Origin: an uncultured delta proteobacterium
Lineage (GTDB): Bacteria; Desulfobacterota; Syntrophorhabdia; Syntrophorhabdales; WCHB1-27
Direction of reading: 5' to 3'
Assembly (NCBI GenBank): GCA_963810935.1
Contig: CAWEPK010000009.1
Coordinates: 312,562 to 376,561 of the forward strand
Length of the DNA: 64,000 bases
Shown: piece after piece, positions 41,461 through 51,834 of the stretch
Numbering within the stretch: the first letter of the stretch is position 1
How the letters are laid out: the number at the start of each line of letters is the position of its first letter
Made by a program: the position numbers and the translations under genes
Notes under the pieces: model-generated
Told to the model about the DNA's origin: nothing
The model's database searches: none
The model's input: the letters and a program-made list of their open reading frames with translations, nothing else

Positions 41461-42517
41461 TCTATCACGGCGGAAATATTTACGCGGCATCGCAGCGGAC
41501 CGGAATACCCGTGGAGCAGATCGTCGATTTCAGCGCCTCGATCAACCCTCTCGGAATTCCGGAGGCGGCAGGCAAGCTGATAAATGGCAATGCCGCCCGC
41601 CTCATGCACTACCCGGAGCCTTACTCGGAAGGGCTCTGCGGCCGTGTCGCGGCCAGGCACGGCGTCGATGCGAAATGCGTGATCTGCGGCAACGGCAGCA
41701 CGGAATTGATCTACCTCGTGCCAAGGGCGCTGCGCCCTTCCAGGGTATTGATAAGCGCGCCGTCCTTCGGCGAATATGAAAGGGCGTGCGGGAACGCAGG
41801 GGCCGAAGTAGTACGCTGCGTCCTGGACCTGGAGAGCGACTTCGAGTTTAGACACGATGCGTTTATAGAAGCGATGTCGGCGTGCAACATGGCTTTTTTG
41901 TGCAACCCGAATAACCCCACCGGTCGCCTCGTGCCTAAGGCGGGCGTGCTCGCCATAGCCGATGCTGCAAAGAAGCTCGGCTGCCTGCTCGTCGTTGATG
42001 AGGCGTTCATCGATTTCTGTCCTGAAGAATCGATCGTTAAGGAGGCCGCGCGCAATCCCTTCCTCGCGGTGCTCCGTTCCATGACGAAATTCTACGCGCT
42101 CGCGGGCCTCAGGATAGGCTACGGTGTATTCCACGCCGAGACGGCGGTGCGCGTCATGGAGCATAAAGAGCCGTGGACCGTCAATGCTCTCGCACAGGCA
42201 GCAGGCGCGGCGGCCCTCGAAGACGGGCCTTTCGAAGAGGCATCAATTGCTGCGATTAAGATAGAGAAATCTTACCTTGAGGCGGGCCTCGCGGAAATAG
42301 GCATCGATTTTGTTCCCTCCAGGGCCAACTATTACCTTCTTAAAAGTGGACCGCAGCTATGATGTCGCAGCCAGCCCTGGAGAAAAGGGGCATCTTGGTG
42401 AGGGACTGTGCAAGCTTTGCCGGGCTTGGCGGCACTTACCTGCGTATCGCCGTGCGGTCGCGCAGAGAGAACGAGCGCTTACTTGCAGAGATGGCGGACG
42501 TATGCGCGCATTTGTGA
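41457..42517 (+). CDS. cobD: L-threonine-O-3-phosphate decarboxylase; two +1 frameshifts near 42345 and 42373
   Basis: [52 protein letters not shown]-terminus [13 protein letters not shown]...RIAVRS in a shifted frame. Confidence 0.92.
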
Positions 42518-43858
42518 TAGGGGGCACCCATTCCGGCTGCGGCAAGACGACCGTGGCCCTCGGCCTTTGTGCGGCATTGCGGAAAAAAGGGCGCATCGTG
42601 CAGCCTTTCAAAGCGGGGCCCGATTTTATAGACTCCGGGCTGCACAAGCTCGCCGCAGGCAGGACTTCGCGCAACCTGGACCTCTGGATGTGCGGGGAGG
42701 CGTACGTGCGCAACACGTTTCTGCGCCACGGGGACGCGGACGCCGCTGTCATCGAGGGGGTCATGGGCCTCTACGACGGGAGCCGCAAGCACGGCAGCCC
42801 TGGCAGGCGTGCTTTCCGTCCCGGTAGTCCTCGTTATCGACGGCTACGGCATGGCGGAGAGCGCAGCGCCCATAATCAGGGGCATGAGGGAATGGGGCGC
42901 AGACAGGCTCGGCATCGACGTGAGAGGGGTCATTTTCAACCGCGTTGCATCAGTGCGCCACTACGAGCGGCTTCGCGCCGGCGTCGAAGGGGTGACGCCC
43001 CTCGGTTATCTTCCACGAGACGCCTCCTTCGCGATACCCCACAGGCACTTGGGCCTGGTCGTCGCGGAGGAGGCGCCCATTACGCCCGGCGACATCGACC
43101 GGCTCGCAGGCGCAGTCCTCGAACATATAGACATCGACGCACTTGAAGACTTGTCCGCCTCGACCTTCCCGTTTTCCTTCGCGGGCCGGGAAGAGCGCAG
43201 TGCCGTCTCTCCGGCTGCCCGCATCGCCGTTGCATCGGACGCAGCCTTTTGCTTCTATTACGAGGATAATATCGACCTTTTGCGCGAGGCGGGTGCGGAA
43301 GTGATTTTTTTCAGCCCCCTTTCGGACGCGCGCCTTCCGGCAGGCATCGACGCAGTCTACATCGGCGGCGGCTACCCGGAGCTTTACGCAAGAGGGCTTT
43401 CCGCCAACGCTACGATGCTCGACGATATCCGCGCGTGGAGCGAGGCGGGCCGTCCCCTTTATGCGGAATGCGGCGGCCTCATGTACCTCTGCCGGTCGAT
43501 ACGCGATTTCGAGGGACGCACGTTCGACACCGCCGGCGTCTTCCCCTTCGATGCAGTCATGGAAACGAAAGGCGCCCATCTCGGCTACCGCGAGGTGCTC
43601 CTGGATGGCGACTGTGCGCTGGGCACGAAAGGAGAACGCATCCGGGGCCACGAGTTCCGATACTCGGACATCCGCGCCGATGGAATTGCAGGCAGGCCCG
43701 GCTGCGTATACAGCGTCAGAGACGGATCGGGCGGGCAGATGCCGGCCGAGGGATACCTGCGCAAGAAGACGCTCGCAAGCTATATACACGTCCATTTCGG
43801 CAGTAACGAGCGCATACCCGGCCGCTTCGTCGAATTCGCCCTTAAAGGAAGGGATTGA
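42502..43858 (+). CDS. cbiA: Cobyrinate a,c-diamide synthase; +1 frameshift near 42788
   Basis: [25 protein letters not shown] / [34 protein letters not shown]. Confidence 0.93.
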
Positions 43859-43860
43859 GA

Positions 43861-44853
43861 ATGGAAAGAATCATCCTTATCGGACACGGCAGCCCGAAAG
43901 AAGACGCGAACAGCCTGGATGCAACAGGGTCAATCCTCCATGGGATGATCCATCCCGGCTGCCGTGACAGATGCGTCAGGACGGCCTATTTACAGTTCGT
44001 TGGTCCCGACATAGACGCTGCGATCGACGCAGCCGCAGCCGAAGGGGCGCAAAAAATTATCCTGCACCCATTCTTCCTCTACGCGGGCATGCACGTGACC
44101 AAGGACATCCCGGCCATCATCGCGGAGGCGCGCAAGAGGCACCCGGCAATTGAGATGATCTATTCCGCGCCGCTCGGCGTGCACGAGGGCCTCGCCCGCA
44201 TCGCGCTCGAAAGGATCGGCGCGACAGCCATGCCCGTCGCAGGCAGGATAGAGAGGCAGAGCTTCGAGATCATCGCGGGCGAAGTCGATCTGTCTAATCT
44301 GCCGGCCGGGCAGCGCCCTATCGTGCAGAGGGTAATCCACGCGACCGCAGACTTCGATTTCAAAGACAGCCTCCTGTTCCACCCCGACGCAATAAAGACC
44401 GGCATCGAGGCGATAAAGGGCGGGCGCGACATACTGACGGACGTCGAGATGGTAAGGACGGGGATCAACAAGCGCCTTCTTTCGGAATGGGGCGGGAATG
44501 TCCTGTGCGGACTGGCGGCCGATTTGTCCGACGGGCATGGCCAGAATATGACCAGGGCGGAAGCGGGGATCGAGCGGGCGTTTAAGGAAAAGGGCGACAG
44601 CATAGGCATAGTCGCAGTCGGCAATGCGCCCACCGCGCTTTTGAAGGTCATCGAGGTGCTGAAAGGCCGCCCTGCCGGCACCAATCCCCTGGTAGTCGGC
44701 GTCCCTGTGGGTTTCGTCAGGGCCGTTGAGTCGAAGGCGTTACTTTCTGCCCAGGCGTTTCCATTCATCACGAACTTAAGCAGGAAGGGCGGCACTCCCG
44801 TTGCCGTCGCCATCGTGAACGCGCTGCTCGTAATGGCAAAAGGAGAAAGATGA
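43861..44853 (+). CDS. cbiC: Fusion of CbiX cobaltochelatase domain and cobalt-precorrin-8 methylmutase CbiC
   Basis: N-terminal IGHGS...PFFLYAGMHVTKDIP (CbiX); C-terminal IERQSF, RVIHATADF, GNAPTAL, PVGFV, RKGGTPVAVAIVNAL (CbiC). Confidence 0.92.
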   Translation: MERIILIGHGSPKEDANSLDATGSILHGMIHPGCRDRCVRTAYLQFVGPDIDAAIDAAAAEGAQKIILHPFFLYAGMHVTKDIPAIIAEARKRHPAIEMIYSAPLGVHEGLARIALERIGATAMPVAGRIERQSFEIIAGEVDLSNLPAGQRPIVQRVIHATADFDFKDSLLFHPDAIKTGIEAIKGGRDILTDVEMVRTGINKRLLSEWGGNVLCGLAADLSDGHGQNMTRAEAGIERAFKEKGDSIGIVAVGNAPTALLKVIEVLKGRPAGTNPLVVGVPVGFVRAVESKALLSAQAFPFITNLSRKGGTPVAVAIVNALLVMAKGER

Positions 44854-45614
44854 TAATACGGGCCCTGCGCAAACACGCGCTTATAATGCTTTCCGCCTGC
44901 GCCCTCATTCTCGGCGTGGCTGCGCCTGCCCGGGCCATGCACATCTCGGAAGGGATACTCCCCTTCTCCTGGGCATTCTTGTGGTTTTGCGTGGTTGCCC
45001 CGTTCGTAGCACTCGGCCTTCGCCGGCTCAAGCAGGCTTCCAGCGGCGACCTCTCTTTGAAGCCCCTCGCAGGTTTTATGGCCGCCGTCGTCTTTATCAT
45101 TTCATGTGTCCCTGTTCCTGTGCCCTTTGTCGGGGTGTGCGCGCACCCGTGCGGCACTGCTATCTCGGCCATCGTGCTCGGCCCGGCAATCAGTGTAGTC
45201 GTAGCCGCCGTCGCCCTTCTGATACAGGCCCTCTTTCTCGGCCACGGCGGCCTGACCACTCTTGGGGCGAATATCCTTTCCATGGGCGTCGTCGGCTCTT
45301 TCGCGGGGTTTTTCGTATTCAGGCTGCTTCGGGCGCTCGGGGCAAGGCTCTCGGTCGCAGGCTTCGTCGCAGGTATCATGGCCGACTGGTGCACGTACGC
45401 CACTACCGCGCTCGTCATGGCCTTAGGCCTTAAAGGCAGCACGCCGTTTGCCCCTCTTTTTCTTAAAGTGGCGGCTGCGTTCGTCCCGACCCAGCTTCCC
45501 TTAGGCATCCTCGAAGGGGCGATCACCGCAGGTATGCTCGTGCTTCTTGCCAGGAAGCGGCCGGACATAATTTTGAAGATTGGGGCACTGAAGGCCGGGG
45601 GTGCCGCGCAATGA
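44850..45614 (+). CDS. cbiM: Cobalt ECF transporter substrate-binding component
   Basis: Signal peptide then MHISEGILP; HGGLTTLGAN; PTQLPLGILEG. Confidence 0.94.
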   Translation: MIIRALRKHALIMLSACALILGVAAPARAMHISEGILPFSWAFLWFCVVAPFVALGLRRLKQASSGDLSLKPLAGFMAAVVFIISCVPVPVPFVGVCAHPCGTAISAIVLGPAISVVVAAVALLIQALFLGHGGLTTLGANILSMGVVGSFAGFFVFRLLRALGARLSVAGFVAGIMADWCTYATTALVMALGLKGSTPFAPLFLKVAAAFVPTQLPLGILEGAITAGMLVLLARKRPDIILKIGALKAGGAAQ

Positions 45615-45892
45615 AAGGGGGCCGCGCAGTTGCCTGCATATGCGTCTTACTCGCGCTTTTCGTCATCCCCCTGCTCGGCTTCGCAGCGGAAGGCCCGCAG
45701 GAAAAGAAGGCCTGGCAGGGCGTCGATGAAGCAGTAGTGGGACGGGTAGCCAGGGAGCACGGCAGGGAGCCCGTGTCGTCGCTTCTTTTCAGGGGGGACC
45801 TCCCGGTTTTGATGTTCCTTCTCGCAGGCGCCGCCGGGGGCTTTATTGCCGGATACTACTGGAGGAAACTGCTGGAGGGGCGGAAACAATAA
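45611..45892 (+). CDS. cbiN: Cobalt transporter small membrane subunit (CbiN-like)
   Basis: Two TM segments, WQGVDE loop, FLLAGAAGGFIAGYYW; between cbiM and cbiQ. Confidence 0.8.
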   Translation: MKGGRAVACICVLLALFVIPLLGFAAEGPQEKKAWQGVDEAVVGRVAREHGREPVSSLLFRGDLPVLMFLLAGAAGGFIAGYYWRKLLEGRKQ

Positions 45893-46645
45893 ATGCATCT
45901 GTTTCTCCGTGAGCATAATGAAGACCATCCGTTGAGCCGGATAGATGCGCGGATCAAGCTCGTCTGCGCGGCGGGCCTCCTCTCCATGGTGCTGACCAAT
46001 AAAGGCGCCTTCTTCCCGTCGGTCGTGGCCCTTGCCTGCCTCGCCCTGTGCGCCTGGCTGCGCGTGCCTGTCCGCAGGCTGCTGGTGCGCCTCTCCGAGC
46101 CTGCGTTCATCGTGGCCGTCCTGGTTGCGATCAAGCTCCTCTTCGGGGGAAAAGAGCCGATGGCTGCATGGCACGTGTGGGGGATCGACGTCACCTTTTA
46201 CAAAGACGGCCTCGCGAGCGGCCTGATTCTCGGCCTTCGGATAATAAGCACGGTTTTCGTCGTCGCCGTCCTCGACTTCTCTACGCCTTTTACCCGTCTC
46301 CTCGGCGGCCTCGCGTGGTTCCGCGTCCCGAGGGGTATCATCGATACGGCCCTTTTCGCATACCGTTATATCTTTTTGCTCCTCGAAGACGCGACCGTCA
46401 TCTACAACGCGCAAAAGAACCGCCTCGGATATTCGAGCCTGCGGCGGGCGTTAAGCTCTTTCGGCGTCCTCGCCGCTGCCCTGGTGCTCAAGGCATTCGA
46501 TGGGAGCCAAAACGCGGCAGTCGCGATGACGCAGCGCGGATACGACGGCGTGATGCCGTCGATAGCCGGCGAGCGGCTGAAGGCTAGCCATCTCGCTGCT
46601 TCCGCCCTCTTTCTCGTAGTTATGGGGGTCCTGTGGAAGGTGTAG
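45893..46645 (+). CDS. cbiQ: Cobalt ECF transporter T component
   Basis: DARIKL, YRYIFLL, AQKNRLG, AMTQRGYDG. Confidence 0.92.
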   Translation: MHLFLREHNEDHPLSRIDARIKLVCAAGLLSMVLTNKGAFFPSVVALACLALCAWLRVPVRRLLVRLSEPAFIVAVLVAIKLLFGGKEPMAAWHVWGIDVTFYKDGLASGLILGLRIISTVFVVAVLDFSTPFTRLLGGLAWFRVPRGIIDTALFAYRYIFLLLEDATVIYNAQKNRLGYSSLRRALSSFGVLAAALVLKAFDGSQNAAVAMTQRGYDGVMPSIAGERLKASHLAASALFLVVMGVLWKV

Positions 46646-47484
46646 CCAGGTTCTCAGTCGCGATAGATGCCTTCGACTACCCGGACGGCACCGCCGCGCT
46701 CCGGGACGTCCACATGGAGATAAAGAACGGCGAGTTCGTCGGCATCCTGGGGTCGAACGGCTCCGGGAAGACGACGCTCCTGAAGGTCATCGACGGCCTT
46801 CTGAAGCCGGCCAGGGGCAGCGTGCTGCTGGACGGGGTCGATATAAGAAGACTTTCCCCGAAAGAGATATACGGGAAGGTCGGCCTTGTCTTCCAAAATC
46901 CGGACGACCAGCTCTTCGCCCCGACCGTCTTCGAGGACGTGGCTTTCGGCCCGCTCAATATGGGGTTTGCGCGGGAAGAAGCGGAAGAGAGGGTGATGAA
47001 AGCCCTCGGCGAGGTCGATATGGAAGGGTACCGCGACAAGCCGATACACGCCCTCAGCTTCGGGCAGAAAAAGCGCGTCTGCATTGCGGGCCTGCTGGCG
47101 ATGGGCCACGCCATACTGCTCCTCGACGAGCCGACCGCGGGGCTCGACCCGATGGGCGAGTATAAGATGATGAGGCTCCTCGTAAAGCTCAACAAGGAAA
47201 ACGGCGTGACTGCAATCATGGCGACGCACAGCGTTGACCTGGTGCCGCTTTTCCTCGACAGGCTTTTCATCCTGAGCAAGGGCCGCGTGGCAAGGAGCGG
47301 CACGCCGGAGGAGGTTTTCACGGCCCCCGACGAGATGGCGCACGTGCGCCTGCGGCTGCCGCAGATCGCAGAGGTGATTTATAAACTGAAGCACGAAGAC
47401 CGTCTCCCTTTCGAGAAGCTGCCCCTTACGATAGGAGAAGCCAGAAGGGAGATATTGCGTGTCCTGGAGGGGCGCGATGCGTAG
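46633..47484 (+). CDS. cbiO: Cobalt ECF transporter ATPase
   Basis: GSNGSGKTT, FQNPDDQLF, LSFGQKKR, LDEPTAGLDP. Confidence 0.94.
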   Translation: MEGVARFSVAIDAFDYPDGTAALRDVHMEIKNGEFVGILGSNGSGKTTLLKVIDGLLKPARGSVLLDGVDIRRLSPKEIYGKVGLVFQNPDDQLFAPTVFEDVAFGPLNMGFAREEAEERVMKALGEVDMEGYRDKPIHALSFGQKKRVCIAGLLAMGHAILLLDEPTAGLDPMGEYKMMRLLVKLNKENGVTAIMATHSVDLVPLFLDRLFILSKGRVARSGTPEEVFTAPDEMAHVRLRLPQIAEVIYKLKHEDRLPFEKLPLTIGEARREILRVLEGRDA

Positions 47485-47992
47485 AGGCTATGTGCAGGTC
47501 TATACCGGTGACGGCAAAGGCAAGACTACGGCTGCGCTCGGGCTGGCGCTGCGTGCGGCAGGCGCGGGCCTCAGGGTCTTCTTCGGCCAGTTCGTAAAGA
47601 AGCAGAAGTGCAGCGAACACCTGGGCCTGGAACGCCTCGGCGACTCGATCACTTACCGCCGCTTCGGCTGCGGCCTCATCCCCCACGGACCGTCCGCAGC
47701 GGACATAGCGGCTGCCGGTAAGGGCCTGGATGAGGCAGCCGAGGCACTGCGCACAGGCGGCTACGACCTCGTTATCCTCGACGAGCTGAACGTTGCGGTC
47801 GACCTGGGCCTTATCGGCGTCGCTGACGTCCTGGACCTCATCGCAACAAAACCGGCAGGCGTCGAGCTGGTCCTGACAGGGAGGAACGCCCATCCGCGCG
47901 TCGTAGAGGCGGCCGACCTCGTCACCGAGATGCGCAATATCAAGCATTACTACGAGAAAGGGGTAAAGGCGCGCCGTGGCATCGAGAAGTAA
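47477..47992 (+). CDS. cobO: Cob(I)alamin adenosyltransferase (CobO/BtuR type)
   Basis: YTGDGKGKTTAALG, ILDEL, VLTGR, ADLVTEM, ARRGIE. Confidence 0.94.
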   Translation: MRRGYVQVYTGDGKGKTTAALGLALRAAGAGLRVFFGQFVKKQKCSEHLGLERLGDSITYRRFGCGLIPHGPSAADIAAAGKGLDEAAEALRTGGYDLVILDELNVAVDLGLIGVADVLDLIATKPAGVELVLTGRNAHPRVVEAADLVTEMRNIKHYYEKGVKARRGIEK

Positions 47993-49082
47993 GCGGCTGC
48001 GCACCGGATATACTACAGGGGCATGCGCTGCGGCAGCAGCGAAAGGGGCGGCCCTCGCCCTGATGGGCGCGGACGGCGCCGGGACGGTGGAGATACCGTT
48101 CCCGGACGGGGTAAGGCGCTACCTTAAAATTGAGAAGTGCATCCGCGAGGAAGGGCGCAGCGCAGCCCGCGCCTCCGTCATCAAGGACGCGGGCGGCGAC
48201 CCGGACGTGACCCACGGAGCGGAAATCACGGCAGAGGTCGTTTTCGGAGACGGCGAGGCGCGTCACGGACAGCCGGTGATTACGGTCAGAGGCGGGGAAG
48301 GCGTCGGCGTAGTGACGCGGCCGGGGCTGTGCGTTGCAGCCGGGGAAGCGGCTATAAACCCAGTGCCCCGAAAGATGATCGCCGAGGCAGTGATGGAAGC
48401 TATGCGCTACGCTGCCGGGTGCGCGCCGGGCCGCATCGAGGTGACGATAGGCGCGCCTCAAGGTAAGGCGATAGCGAAAAAAACGCTCAATGCGCGCCTC
48501 GGCATTATCGGAGGGATATCGATCCTCGGCACGACGGGCATAGTCAGGCCCCTTTCCGCAGAGGCATGGATAGCTACGATCGACGCGTCGATTAGCGTAG
48601 CGGTCGCGATGGGCATGCGGGAAATCGTGCTTTCGACAGGCAGGACCTCCGAGCGGGCGCACATGGCCGCACATAAGCTGCCCGAACAGGGCTACGTCAT
48701 GATGGGCGATTACGTCGAATATGCGCTCCTTGCCGCCAAACGAAGCGGGCTCGAACGAGTGCACCTTTGCGCCCAATGGGGTAAAATGCTGAAGATAGCG
48801 ATGGCAACTCCGCAGACGCACGTGCGCCACGGCGCGATAGACGTAAAGAAAGCGGCGGCATTCCTCGAAAGCCTCGGCGCGCGAGGCCTGGCGGAAAAGC
48901 CGTTCAATACTGCGCGCGAGATATGCGATTTTCTCTCGGCGGAGCGGCCGGCAATGTCCGGTCGTCTCTTTTCTCTGCTTTGCGGAGCAGCCAGGCGGTA
49001 TGCTGAATCGATAACCGAAGGCATGCCTGTACGGGTGCATCTCATCTCATACGGCGGGGAGGTCATGGCGACCGATGGCTAG
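47976..49082 (+). CDS. cbiD: Cobalt-precorrin-5B C1-methyltransferase
   Basis: LRTGYTTGACAAAA, KDAGGDPDVTHG, AINPVPR, TLNARLGIIGGISILGTTG. Confidence 0.96.
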   Translation: MASRSKRLRTGYTTGACAAAAAKGAALALMGADGAGTVEIPFPDGVRRYLKIEKCIREEGRSAARASVIKDAGGDPDVTHGAEITAEVVFGDGEARHGQPVITVRGGEGVGVVTRPGLCVAAGEAAINPVPRKMIAEAVMEAMRYAAGCAPGRIEVTIGAPQGKAIAKKTLNARLGIIGGISILGTTGIVRPLSAEAWIATIDASISVAVAMGMREIVLSTGRTSERAHMAAHKLPEQGYVMMGDYVEYALLAAKRSGLERVHLCAQWGKMLKIAMATPQTHVRHGAIDVKKAAAFLESLGARGLAEKPFNTAREICDFLSAERPAMSGRLFSLLCGAARRYAESITEGMPVRVHLISYGGEVMATDG

Positions 49083-50335
49083 ATTGACTGTAGTCGGTAT
49101 AGGCGCAAGGCCGCTCGACGAAAGGGCGAGAAAAGCGGTCCTGGCCGCCGACGTGATTGTCGGGACGCGGCGGATGTGCGAGACCTTCGCCCGTTATGCC
49201 GAATTCGCCGACGTCGCGCCTAAGGTCAGGCAGGCAAGGACCATCGGCGCTGCAATCACGTCCTGCCGCGAGGCGGTCGAAAAAGGCGCGGCTGTGGTGC
49301 TCCTGGCGTCCGGCGACCCCCTCTTCTTTGGCGCAGGCAGGCGCGCGTTAGAGGAATTCGGCCGCAAGAGCGTAGATGTGATTCCCGACGTCTCGAGCTT
49401 GCAGGTCGCCTTCTCCCGCATAGGTATAGCATGGGATGACGCCCTGTTAGTGAGCTTCCACGGATCGTCCGACCCGGATAGGCGCAAACGCCTCCGTTAC
49501 AGCCCTTCCGACCTGCCGGGGCTGCTCACCGGGCACGCGGCAATTGCCGCCTTAACCGACAAAGAGCACGGCCCGGCCGAGATCGCCCGCGCCCTTCAAG
49601 GCGCTGCCGACTTATGGCCTTCCCTTACGATGCACGTCTGTGAACGGCTTGGATTTGACGACGAGCGCATCACGGAAGGACCGCCGGCTGCACTGGAATC
49701 ACTTTCTTTCAAGGAGCCTCTTGTCGTGATCGTAACGCGCGACGAAGACGCACAGACAGACAGCGCGGCCTGCCTTCGGCCTGAAGGAAGACGAGATCGC
49801 CCATCCGGGCGGCCTCATCACCAAGAGTGAGGTCCGTGCAGTGGCGCTCCATGCCCTGCGCCTCCCTGGCCGCGGCGTTATGTGGGACATCGGCGCGGGG
49901 TCCGGGGCCGTATCGATAGAGGCCGCCCGCCTCTGCCCGCAGCTTCGCATCTTCGCGATAGAAAAAGACGCGGGGCAGATAGAGACAATAGGCGCGAACA
50001 GGGCATCTTTTAGGCTGCCCGGCATAGTGACGGTCGAAGGCGAGGCCCCGGCCGCGCTCGATTCGCTGCCGGCGCCGGATCGCGTTTTTGTCGGCGGCAG
50101 CGGAGGCAGATTGCCTGAGATCATAGACACTGTAAGTTCAAGGATGGAGAAAGGCATAATCGTTATCAACGCAGCCACCCTGGATACGCTGAACGAGGCC
50201 GTAGCCGGACTTGAGAAGGCGGGTTACAGTCTCGGCGTCTCGCAGGTCTCCGTGGCCCGGATGAGACGTGCGGGTGGAAAGAGGCTCCTGGCAGCACTCA
50301 ACCCCGTTTTCGTCATAACAGGAGAGAAAGGGTAG
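49075..50335 (+). CDS. cbiET: Fused CbiE/CbiT (precorrin-6Y C5,15-methyltransferase); +1 frameshift near 49760
   Basis: LASGDPLFFG, PDVSSLQ, VCERLG / GLITKSEVR, WDIGAGSGAVSIE, PDRVFVGGSGG, LNPVFVI. Confidence 0.9.
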
Positions 50336-51049
50336 ATGGCAGGCACGCTTTACGTAGTCGGAACAGGACCGGGCGACCCCGAGCTGATGACGCTCAAGGC
50401 AGCGCGGGTGCTCGGCCGGGTGAGCTGCATCTTCGTGCCCAAGGGGCGTGAGGAGGGGACGAGCCTTGCCTTATCGATTGTCGGCGGGGCAGTCAGCCTG
50501 GAAGGCAAGCAGATCGTCGAGGCCGTCTTCCCCATGCGAAAGAGCGGGAGCGCGCATGGTGCGGAGCTTGAGGCGGCCTGGGTTGGGACGACGGCCGCCA
50601 TAGTCGATAAGCTCGCCGCCGGGACGGATGCGGCCTTCGTGACTATAGGCGACCCGTCTTTTTACAGCACCTTTTTCTATCTTTACGACAGGCTGCTCGC
50701 TGCGATTCCGGGGCTGCAAATAGAGATCGTTCCCGGCGTCACTTCCGTAAGCGCATGCGCCTCGTTCGCGCGCCTTCCGCTCGGCCTCGGCGACAGCCGC
50801 ATCGCTGTCCTGCCCGGAAGCCGCGCAGGTGAGCTGCGGAACGCGATAGCCGCCTTCGATACGGTAGTGATCATGAAGGCCGGCAGCGCGATTAAAGAGA
50901 TTATCGTGGTCCTGAAAGGGACGGGCCTTCTCGGAAAGGCGGTCTGCATATCCCGCGCGGGACTCGAAGGCCAGCGGATATGGACGGACCTCGCGGCCGT
51001 GAGCCTCGCAGACCTCGATTATTTTTCCATGGTGATAGTGAAGAAATGA
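50336..51049 (+). CDS. cbiL: Cobalt-precorrin-2 C20-methyltransferase
   Basis: VGTGPGDPELMTLKA, GDPSFYST, PGVTS, YFSMVIV. Confidence 0.93.
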   Translation: MAGTLYVVGTGPGDPELMTLKAARVLGRVSCIFVPKGREEGTSLALSIVGGAVSLEGKQIVEAVFPMRKSGSAHGAELEAAWVGTTAAIVDKLAAGTDAAFVTIGDPSFYSTFFYLYDRLLAAIPGLQIEIVPGVTSVSACASFARLPLGLGDSRIAVLPGSRAGELRNAIAAFDTVVIMKAGSAIKEIIVVLKGTGLLGKAVCISRAGLEGQRIWTDLAAVSLADLDYFSMVIVKK

Positions 51050-51834
51050 AGACCCCGAAAGGCAGGGCGGCAAAGAAGAAAACGACCGTCTATTTCATCG
51101 GGGCAGGCCCCGGAGACCCGGAGCTTATAACCGTGAAAGGCCGGAAGGCGCTTGAGGTGGCCGATATCGTCATATACGCGGGGAGCCTCGTCAACCCTGC
51201 CCTTCTTGAGGGACTGAAGGCTGATGTTTACGATTCCGCTTCTATGCACCTCGATGAGATCGTGGCCCTTATGAAAGGGGCGGCGGAAAAAGGACGCGTC
51301 GTCGCGCGCCTCCATACGGGCGACACAGCCTTCTACAGCGCGATATCGGAGCAGATGGAGCAATTGCGCGCCCTCGGGATCGGCTACGAGGTAATCCCCG
51401 GGGTCTCGTCCGCATCGGCAGGCGCGGCGGTCCTCGGGCAGGAGCTGACTATACCCGAGATAAGCCAGACCGTCATATTGACGCGCCTGGGCGGACGCAC
51501 CCCCGTGCCCGAACCTGAAGCGCTCGCCGCACTCGCCCGCCACAGGGCATCCATCGTTATTTTTTTGAGCGCCGGGATGATGGAGAGGGTCGTCGAGGAG
51601 CTTCTTGCCGGCTACCCGTCCACGACGCCCTGCGCTGTCGTCGAGAAGGCCTCGTGGCCGGACCAGAAGATCGTGAGGGGCAGCCTGAAAGATATCGCGG
51701 CCAAGGCCAGGAAGGCAGGCATCGAGAAGACCGCGCTTATATATGTAGGCGATGCCCTGCTTGCATCGCAAAAAAAGCTCGGCAAGAAGTCCCGGCTTTA
51801 CGATAAGGCGTTCACTCATGGCTTCCGCAAGTAA
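51046..51834 (+). CDS. cbiF: Cobalt-precorrin-4 C11-methyltransferase
   Basis: GAGPGDPELITVKG, YAGSLVN, RLHTGD, ELTIPEISQTVILTR, SRLYDKAFTHGFR. Confidence 0.96.
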   Translation: MKTPKGRAAKKKTTVYFIGAGPGDPELITVKGRKALEVADIVIYAGSLVNPALLEGLKADVYDSASMHLDEIVALMKGAAEKGRVVARLHTGDTAFYSAISEQMEQLRALGIGYEVIPGVSSASAGAAVLGQELTIPEISQTVILTRLGGRTPVPEPEALAALARHRASIVIFLSAGMMERVVEELLAGYPSTTPCAVVEKASWPDQKIVRGSLKDIAAKARKAGIEKTALIYVGDALLASQKKLGKKSRLYDKAFTHGFRK